Shown here: in pieces, positions 57,821 to 64,000 of the stretch
Position numbering within the stretch: the first letter of the stretch is position 1
Layout of the letters: every line of letters starts with the position of its first letter
Assembly: GCA_947477565.1 (NCBI GenBank)
Contig: CANJUR010000006.1
Coordinates: forward strand, 70,668-134,667
Direction of reading: 5' to 3'
DNA: 64,000 bases
Source of the DNA: Deltaproteobacteria bacterium
GTDB lineage: Bacteria; Myxococcota_A; Polyangia; Polyangiales; Ga0077539
Made by a program: the position numbers and the translations under genes
Notes under the pieces: generated by a model
Database searches by the model: none
What the model was told of the DNA's origin: nothing
The model's input: the letters and a program-made list of their open reading frames with translations, nothing else

Positions 57821-59488
57821 TCATCCGACCCGGTGAGGCACCCGCACGTCGTGCGTTTGGGCGAATTCGATCGCGCCCTCGTAGCCGGCGTCGGCGTGCC
57901 GAATCACTCCCATACCGGGATCGCTCGTGAGGACGCGTTCGAGTCGGCGCGCGGCTTCGTCGGTGCCATCGGCCACGACCACCATGCCAGAGTGGATGCT
58001 GTTTCCGATGCCGACGCCGCCGCCGTGGTGAACGCTCACCCACGACGCTCCCGCCGCGCAGTTGACCAGCGCGTTGAGAATGGGCCAGTCGGCGATCGCA
58101 TCAGACCCATCGAGCATCGCCTCGGTCTCGCGGTGCGGTGAAGCGACGGAGCCGCAATCGAGGTGGTCGCGTCCGATGACGATGGGGGCCTTCACTTTGC
58201 CTGTGCGCACCAGTTCGTTGAAGGCGAGGCCGACCTTCGCGCGTTGGCCGTAGCCCAGCCAGCAGATGCGCGCCGGGAGCCCCTGAAACGCCACGCGCTC
58301 CGCTGCGAGTTGTAGCCAGCGCCGCAGCGACGGGTCATCGGGCACGGCTTCGAGCACGGCGCGGTCGGTCACCGCGATGTCCTCGGCATCGCCCGAGAGC
58401 GCCACCCACCGGAACGGCCCGCGACCCACGCAAAACTGCGGGCGGATGTACGCCGGGATGAACCCGGGAATCTCGAACGCGTCGTGCGCACCCGCGATCT
58501 GAGCCTCCGCGCGGATGTTGTTGCCGTAATCGCAGGCGATCACCCCCGCCCGTTTCATGTCGAGCATCGCGCGAATCTCCATCGCCATCCCTTCGCGCGC
58601 CCGCCGGACGTAGGCCTCTGGATCGCTCGTCCGCAGCGCTGCCGCGTCGGCGAGCGTGATCCCCGGGGGGACATACCCATGGAGCGGATCGTGCGCGGAC
58701 GTCTGCTCGGTCACGAAGGCAGGCAGGGCGTTGCGCCGCACGAGTTCGGGGTAGACGTCGGCGGCGTTGCCGACGAGCCCGACGGAGACGACCTCGCCTT
58801 TGGCGCACGCCTCGTTGATCCAGCGGAGCGCCTCGTCGAGCGAACCCGTGGCGCGGTCCACGTAGCGGGTTTCCAGGCGTCGCTGCACGCGCGCGGCATC
58901 AACCTCCACCGCGAGGCAGCAGGCGTTGTTCATGGTGGCTGCGAGGGGCTGAGCGCCGCCCATTCCGCCGAGGCCCGCGGTGAGAATCCAGCGCCCGCGC
59001 CAGGAGTCTCCGAAGTGCTGTCGCCCGGCTTCTGCGAAGGTCTCGTAGGTGCCCTGCAAGATCCCCTGGGTACCGATGTAGATCCAGCTGCCCGCGGTCA
59101 TCTGGCCGTACATGATGAGGCCCTGTGCCTCCAGCCGGCGGAAGTGCTCCCACGTCGCCCACTTCGGAACGAGCAGGGAGTTGGCGAGCAGCACCCGCGG
59201 CGCGTCTACATGTGTGCGGAAGCGGCCGACGGCCTTACCCGATTGGATAAGCAGCGTTTCGTCGTCGTGGAGGTCGCGTAGCTCGCGCACGATCACGTCA
59301 AAAGCCGCCCAGTTGCGCGCGGCCTTCCCGGTGCCGCCGTACACGACGAGATCGGCCGGGCGCTCCGCGACCTCGGGATCGAGGTTGTTCATCAACATGC
59401 GAAGCGCGGCTTCCTGAGCCCAACCCCTGCAGCTGAGCGACGAACCCCGAGCGGCGCGGACGGTGCGAGAACCAATGGATGCATCCAT
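57821..59488 (-). CDS. hutU: Urocanate hydratase
   Basis: [76 protein letters not shown]. Confidence 0.95.
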   Translation of the reverse strand: MDASIGSRTVRAARGSSLSCRGWAQEAALRMLMNNLDPEVAERPADLVVYGGTGKAARNWAAFDVIVRELRDLHDDETLLIQSGKAVGRFRTHVDAPRVLLANSLLVPKWATWEHFRRLEAQGLIMYGQMTAGSWIYIGTQGILQGTYETFAEAGRQHFGDSWRGRWILTAGLGGMGGAQPLAATMNNACCLAVEVDAARVQRRLETRYVDRATGSLDEALRWINEACAKGEVVSVGLVGNAADVYPELVRRNALPAFVTEQTSAHDPLHGYVPPGITLADAAALRTSDPEAYVRRAREGMAMEIRAMLDMKRAGVIACDYGNNIRAEAQIAGAHDAFEIPGFIPAYIRPQFCVGRGPFRWVALSGDAEDIAVTDRAVLEAVPDDPSLRRWLQLAAERVAFQGLPARICWLGYGQRAKVGLAFNELVRTGKVKAPIVIGRDHLDCGSVASPHRETEAMLDGSDAIADWPILNALVNCAAGASWVSVHHGGGVGIGNSIHSGMVVVADGTDEAARRLERVLTSDPGMGVIRHADAGYEGAIEFAQTHDVRVPHRVG

Positions 59489-59537
59489 GTCGGGGAGCCT
59501 AGGGGAGGGGCCCCGCGGGCGGCAACCGACGAACGCG

Positions 59538-59565
59538 TTGACCTGCACGGCGCGGCGCGTATCTT
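59538..59565 (+). promoter_or_regulatory. Candidate sigma-70-type promoter for the KOW-domain gene
   Basis: TTGACC, 16 nt spacer, TATCTT. A GAGGAG Shine-Dalgarno (59573-59578) lies 7 nt before GTG 59586. Divergent from hutU. Motif match only. Confidence 0.3.
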
Positions 59566-59585
59566 CCCGGCCGAGGAGATACCGA

Positions 59586-60782
59586 GTGAGTTTCCAGGGT
59601 TTCAGCGCGTCGGAGTTCGACGCCTACGCGCCCCCAAGGGCCAGCTCCAATGCTTTCAACCGGCCGCGCCTGGAAGCGAGGGAGAAGGCCATGGCGCTTG
59701 GTCGCGTGATGCAGGCCGATGCCACGGCGCTTGCCCTTCCGCTTGAGCTTCGCGCCAGCGACGAGCACCCGTCTTTGTGGAACAAGCGCTCGGTCACTGC
59801 CCAGTGGCTCTTCCTGTGGCGGGACGCCGCAGCGCGGCGGGCGCTCGAGGCGCTGCTCGACGACGGGCGCTCGTTGCAGGCCACGCTCACGGACCCAACG
59901 CCGTTCTTTCGACACGCGTTTCTCGCGCTGCACATCGACCACGATGGGGTCGAGGTCTCGCTCCGGGTCCACGGCGACGCCTGGGTCGACGCTCGCAACC
60001 TGCGCGCCCGCTGCGCCTCCGTGGAAGGTCGCGCCGAGCTTGTCGCGGCGATTCGACAACTACCCGAAGACTTCGTCCTCGGGGTGAGCGACGCCGCCCG
60101 CGTGCCGGTGCGTGACGTCACCGACGCCACGCTCGACGGGGCCATCGCTGCGTGGTTGCAACCCAACCAGTGGTGGTCTGTCGGATGGCCGCTCTCCCGC
60201 TCCGTGGTGCTCGACCAGGCGGGAGCGTTGGAAGAGCCCATCCTTGCGGCATTTCGCGCGCTGGTGCCGATCTACCGTCTGGTCGCCTGGTCGCGCGACA
60301 ACGACCTCATCGCCGTCGATAGTGCTCTCGCTCAGGCCCAGGTCGAGCGGGCCGCGCAAGCACTCGAAGCCGCAGCGCGCGACTCCGCGTGGCAGACCCA
60401 GCACGACGCTGAGATCGTCCGCCGTCGCGACCTCGCCGCGACCGAGACCCGCGAGCGTCTCGCTTCGATGGACCGTCCGCGCCCGGCCTTCACCCGCCCC
60501 GCGCCTACCCCGATGGTCGATCCCCGTCCTGCGCCTCGGGCTGCTCCGGCTCCCGTCGTCGTGGCTCGCCCGACTCCTCCCGCCCCTCCCAAAATAGTCT
60601 TACCGGTGCAGGTAAACCCGGAGGCGGCTCTCCTGGCGGGCGTGCGCGTTCAGGTGAAGTCGGGTCCCTTCGCGGGGAAGGTGGGTGCCATCGTCGAGCG
60701 CGACGTGCGGGGGGCCAAGGTCTCCTTCGGGTTACTCTCCGCGCGGGTGAACCTCAGCGACCTCGAAGCACTGCCGATCTGA
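59586..60782 (+). CDS. Hypothetical protein with Pro/Ala-rich linker and C-terminal KOW motif
   Basis: C-terminus [45 protein letters not shown] has the NusG/RfaH-type KOW pattern (G.F.G..G.V). The GTG start is supported by the SD. Confidence 0.6.
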   Translation: MSFQGFSASEFDAYAPPRASSNAFNRPRLEAREKAMALGRVMQADATALALPLELRASDEHPSLWNKRSVTAQWLFLWRDAAARRALEALLDDGRSLQATLTDPTPFFRHAFLALHIDHDGVEVSLRVHGDAWVDARNLRARCASVEGRAELVAAIRQLPEDFVLGVSDAARVPVRDVTDATLDGAIAAWLQPNQWWSVGWPLSRSVVLDQAGALEEPILAAFRALVPIYRLVAWSRDNDLIAVDSALAQAQVERAAQALEAAARDSAWQTQHDAEIVRRRDLAATETRERLASMDRPRPAFTRPAPTPMVDPRPAPRAAPAPVVVARPTPPAPPKIVLPVQVNPEAALLAGVRVQVKSGPFAGKVGAIVERDVRGAKVSFGLLSARVNLSDLEALPI

Positions 60783-60793
60783 ACCGCCGCGGC

Positions 60794-61234
60794 CTAGGCC
60801 GCTCCCCCGCCGTCGTCGGAGCCCGCCGAGGGCTTCTTCGTGCTTTTGATCCGCGTGCGCGCTTGCACGTCAGGTCGCACGCCGCCTTCACCGTTCTCAT
60901 CCTCGACGCTCTTGAAGCGCACTTCCATCTTCACTTCGAAGGCGAGGCCGGTGAGCACCTTTTTCATGTCGGAAGCGAAGCTTGTGCTCGTCAGGAAGTC
61001 GCGAATCTCCTTTGCGACGACCGAGTAGAGTCCCTTCTTGGTCTCGTCGACCTGGTCGAGGAGAGCGTGTGCGACCTCCTTCGGCAGGCGCGTCTTTTCG
61101 ACGAACGAACGGACCGTGTCTTCGCTTCGGCTAATGGCACCGATGCCCGACTCGATGCCCTTCTTGACGAAGCGCTCGAGTAGCCCTGAGCGCTCCGATT
61201 CGACCCCTTCGCCCTCTGATTTCTTCTCGTCCAT
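60794..61234 (-). CDS. Hypothetical Lys/Glu-rich helical small protein
   Basis: 146 aa starting MDEKKSEGEG. Visibly less GC-rich than its neighbours. The rest of the 895-aa track ORF upstream is antisense junk. Confidence 0.55.
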   Translation of the reverse strand: MDEKKSEGEGVESERSGLLERFVKKGIESGIGAISRSEDTVRSFVEKTRLPKEVAHALLDQVDETKKGLYSVVAKEIRDFLTSTSFASDMKKVLTGLAFEVKMEVRFKSVEDENGEGGVRPDVQARTRIKSTKKPSAGSDDGGGAA

Positions 61235-61312
61235 GAATCTCCGCGGGGACGCTACGGGCGCGCCGTCCCGCCCGTCAACGGGCGTGCGATGTGTGCTAGC
61301 GACCGTGGGGAA

Positions 61313-62398
61313 ATGCGCGACGTGCTCCTCGTCTCCAAGCCCATCGCCCCTCCGTGGACGGACTCCAACAAGAACCTCGTGCGCGACCTCGCGGGCGCGC
61401 TGCGCCGGTATCGGCCGCGGGTGATGGTGCCCGTGGGCGTCTCGCTCCCCGGGGTGGTGAGCGAGACTGTTTACACCGCAGCGGGAGCCTACGCGCCGAG
61501 TCGCGTTGCCAACGCACGGGTGTTCGCCCGGTTGCTCGCCGGTCCGTCCGTCGATGTCTGGCATTTCTTTTTTGCGCCCAACCCACTGACGCTCCGTGCG
61601 GGCGCCGTCGCTCGTGTTGTCAGGCGGGTGCCGACGGTTCACACGATTGCGAGCGCACCTGACGACCTTGAGCGCGTCGCCCCGATGATGTTCGCCGACG
61701 CGGTCGTCGCCTTGAGCGAGCACTCGGCGCGGCGTCTCGCGGCGGTGGGCGTCCGCGCCCGGGTGATCCCTCCCGCGCTCGCGCCCGTTCACGTGGCCGC
61801 CGCCGAGGTCGCTGCGGCCCGTCGCCGTCACGACCTGCCTGGCCCGTACGTGCTCTACCCGGGCGACCTTGAGCACTCTGATGGCGCGCGCACTTTCATC
61901 GAAGCTTCGGCTCGCGACGACGGCGCGCTCACCTGGGTCATCGCGGCCCGCCCGAAAACTGCACGGGCCCACGAGGCGCTCGCCGGGCTGACGACCCTCG
62001 CGACCGAGCGCCGTGCCAACGTTCGGTTTCTCGGCGAGATCGGCGACATCCACGCGGTGCTCGCGGGGGCCGAACTCACCACCCTCGTCGTCGACACTCT
62101 GCACGCCAAGATGGACCTCCCTCTGGTACTGCTTGAGTCTCTCGGGTTGCGGATTCCGGTTGTGGTTTCGTCGACCACCGCCGCCGCGGAAATCCTTCCG
62201 TCCGGGGGTGCTTCTGCGATCGGTCCGAGCGATCCCGCGGCTCTCTTCGCGGAGGTCCGGTCGCTCGTAGACGCTCCGGCCCGCCGCGCTGCGATGGGTC
62301 TCGCCGGAGAGCGCTGGGTGGCAGCGACCTGTGCTCCTTCCGTCGTGGCCGCCGCGCACGAGATCCTCTACGACGAGGTGTTGGCGATGAGAGGGTGA
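61313..62398 (+). CDS. GT-B glycosyltransferase, group 1 (GT4-like)
   Basis: VLLVSKPIAPPW... N-domain. C-domain YVLYPGDLEHSDG and DLPLVLLESLGLRIPVVVS (E-x7-E region). Confidence 0.8.
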   Translation: MRDVLLVSKPIAPPWTDSNKNLVRDLAGALRRYRPRVMVPVGVSLPGVVSETVYTAAGAYAPSRVANARVFARLLAGPSVDVWHFFFAPNPLTLRAGAVARVVRRVPTVHTIASAPDDLERVAPMMFADAVVALSEHSARRLAAVGVRARVIPPALAPVHVAAAEVAAARRRHDLPGPYVLYPGDLEHSDGARTFIEASARDDGALTWVIAARPKTARAHEALAGLTTLATERRANVRFLGEIGDIHAVLAGAELTTLVVDTLHAKMDLPLVLLESLGLRIPVVVSSTTAAAEILPSGGASAIGPSDPAALFAEVRSLVDAPARRAAMGLAGERWVAATCAPSVVAAAHEILYDEVLAMRG

Positions 62399-62440
62399 GC
62401 GAAGTTCCGGGTAGGGCCTCGTCCGTGATAAGGGCGGCGG

Positions 62441-63160
62441 ATGAGCCGTGACGACGCCACCCGCGCCTATTACGATGACTTCAGCAAGTGGTACGAACGC
62501 GAGCGCGGTCGCGGCTACCACGGGATGATCGACGACCTCGAGTTTGAGATCACCTCGCCGTACGCGCGGGGCAAGCGCTGCCTTGAGGTCGGCTGCGGCA
62601 CCGGACTCATCCTGGAGCGGGTCGCCGGCGTGGCGAGCGAAGCCGTGGGCATCGATTTGTCGCCTGGAATGCTTGAGAAGGCCCGCGAGCGCGGCTTGAC
62701 CGTGCACGAGGCGCCCGCGACGAAACTGCCCTTCGACGACGGCTGTTTCGACGTCGTCTACTCGTTCAAAGTGCTCGCGCACGTGCCGGAGATCGAGACG
62801 GCTCTCGCCGAGATGGTGCGCGTCTGCGTGCCTGGCGGAACCATCCTCGCAGAGTTCTACAACCCCTACAGTCTGCGCTACCTCGCGAAGACGCTGGGGC
62901 CTGCGCAGAAGGTCTCCGAGACCCGCACCGAAGCTGCTGTGTATACGCGTTTCGACCCGCCTTCCCGCATTCGCGCGATGGTTCCGCGGGGCGCCAGGCT
63001 GGTCGATTTTCACGGAGTGCGGGTCTTTACGCCGACCGCTCGTGCGGTGACGCTGCCGGTGCTGGGAACGCTCCTGCAGCGGGCTGAGCACCTCGCGCTG
63101 CGGTCCCCCCTCGCACGCCTCGGGGGCTTCCTCGTGGCGGTGATTCGTCGCGATGCGTAG
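62441..63160 (+). CDS. Class I SAM-dependent methyltransferase (Methyltransf_11-like)
   Basis: CLEVGCGTGLILERV (motif I), GIDLSPGML, FDVVYSFKVLAHV, PGGTILAEF. Confidence 0.85.
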   Translation: MSRDDATRAYYDDFSKWYERERGRGYHGMIDDLEFEITSPYARGKRCLEVGCGTGLILERVAGVASEAVGIDLSPGMLEKARERGLTVHEAPATKLPFDDGCFDVVYSFKVLAHVPEIETALAEMVRVCVPGGTILAEFYNPYSLRYLAKTLGPAQKVSETRTEAAVYTRFDPPSRIRAMVPRGARLVDFHGVRVFTPTARAVTLPVLGTLLQRAEHLALRSPLARLGGFLVAVIRRDA

Positions 63161-63219
63161 GTGCCCGGCACGGTCCGATCGCTTCGCGGCCCGCGGGTCC
63201 CTCGGGTACAGTTTGCCGC

Positions 63220-64000
63220 GATGAGTGCACCCGCGCGGATCCTGGTCGTCGATGACGAAGCCTCGCTGCGTCAGATGATGGACGTGCTGCTCCGTCGCAT
63301 GGGGCACGTGGTCGAGCAGGCATCGGGGCTTCGCGAGGCCAGGGAGCGCCTTGACGCTGCGACGACCCCGTTCGACCTGGTGGTCACCGACCTGATGATG
63401 GCCGACGGCACGGGCCTCGAACTTCTCGACCATGCCCGCGCGATCTCCACGGAGACGCAACTCTTGGTGGTGACGGCCCATGGCTCCGTGGAAACGGCCG
63501 TCGATGCGATGCGACGTGGCGCCTACTGCTACCTTGAGAAGCCGTTGAGCGTGAGCGAGGCGCGCGCGCAGATCGAGAAAGCCCTGGAGAAGCGCTCACT
63601 GCTCAAGGACAACGTTTCGCTGCGCATCATCACCCGCGGTCTCACCCCAGAGGGTGGGAACGGCTCGCTCATCGGCCGCAGCACCGCGTTTCAGACGGCG
63701 ATGGAGTTCGTTCGGCGGGCGGCACCCAACCGCGCAAGCGTGCTCATCACCGGCGAGAGCGGTACCGGCAAGGAACTCTTCGCCCGTGCAATCCACAACA
63801 GCAGCGACCGGAGCGCCGGTCCCTTCGTGGTCGTCAACTGTGGCGCGATCCCGGCTGACCTGGTCGAGAGCGAGCTTTTCGGTCATGAAAAGGGCTCTTA
63901 TACGGGCGCGTCGAGCCGCACGTTGGGGATGTTCCGTCAGGCCGACGGCGGCACACTCTTCCTCGACGAGATCGGCGAGGTCCCCTTACATCTCCAGGTA
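63220..64000 (+). CDS. Sigma-54-dependent response regulator (NtrC family), 3' end cut by window edge
   Basis: Not in the ORF track because it has no stop in the window. ATG at 63220 gives MSAPARILVVDDEASLRQMM...DLVVTDLMMADGTG (REC), [22 protein letters not shown]. Confidence 0.9.

Noticed and set aside
61235-63481. Upstream ~750 aa of the minus-strand ORF 60794..63481
   Set aside because: It is antisense to the GT4 glycosyltransferase, methyltransferase and response-regulator genes and has a junk composition. Only the last 146 codons (from ATG 61234) look like a protein.

Overview
Very GC-rich, gene-dense 64-kb chromosomal window. Third codon positions are almost always G/C, so long spurious antisense ORFs occur throughout the ORF track. 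I call about 50 CDS and one tRNA-Leu(UAG). I see no rRNA, CRISPR array, transposase, integrase, phage gene or recognisable defence gene. Content is mostly core metabolism and signalling. Metabolic and housekeeping genes: hbd, argJ, a thiolase, acnA, ettA, lysC, an ileS-lspA-lgt operon, hutU-hutI, a stand-alone lysine-ketoglutarate-reductase-like enzyme and yhhQ. Transport and signalling: a GldA/F/G-type ABC-2 exporter with a DUF4340-like partner, two sensor histidine kinases and three sigma-54 (NtrC-type) response-regulator activators. The mix of many sigma-54 activators, a Hanks-type kinase-like protein, many lipobox lipoproteins, an FGE-domain protein and extreme GC suggests a Myxococcota-like chromosome; this is inference only. 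Items worth a second look: (1) a signal-peptide-bearing protein that aligns by eye to the metazoan secretory kinase Fam20C with its catalytic residues intact; (2) an FGE-domain protein next to a tail-anchored pseudokinase in which every catalytic motif is substituted; (3) two translationally coupled lipoproteins built from 3 and 4 copies of an unnamed two-cysteine module of about 110 aa, downstream of a DUF1517-like gene; (4) tandem ArnT-like GT-C glycosyltransferase paralogues with a near-identical nucleotide tract, followed by a STAS-domain gene; (5) the roughly 960-bp ppiC-ileS gap, the largest non-coding gap I found. That gap holds a roughly 420-bp imperfect palindrome (48/49-bp inner stem) and four exactly phased 42-bp repeats, each carrying a 14-bp palindrome; (6) an IleS with a PYSKS variant of KMSKS and an insertion of about 60 aa after it. 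All functional calls come from reading motifs in the supplied translations. No database search was run.
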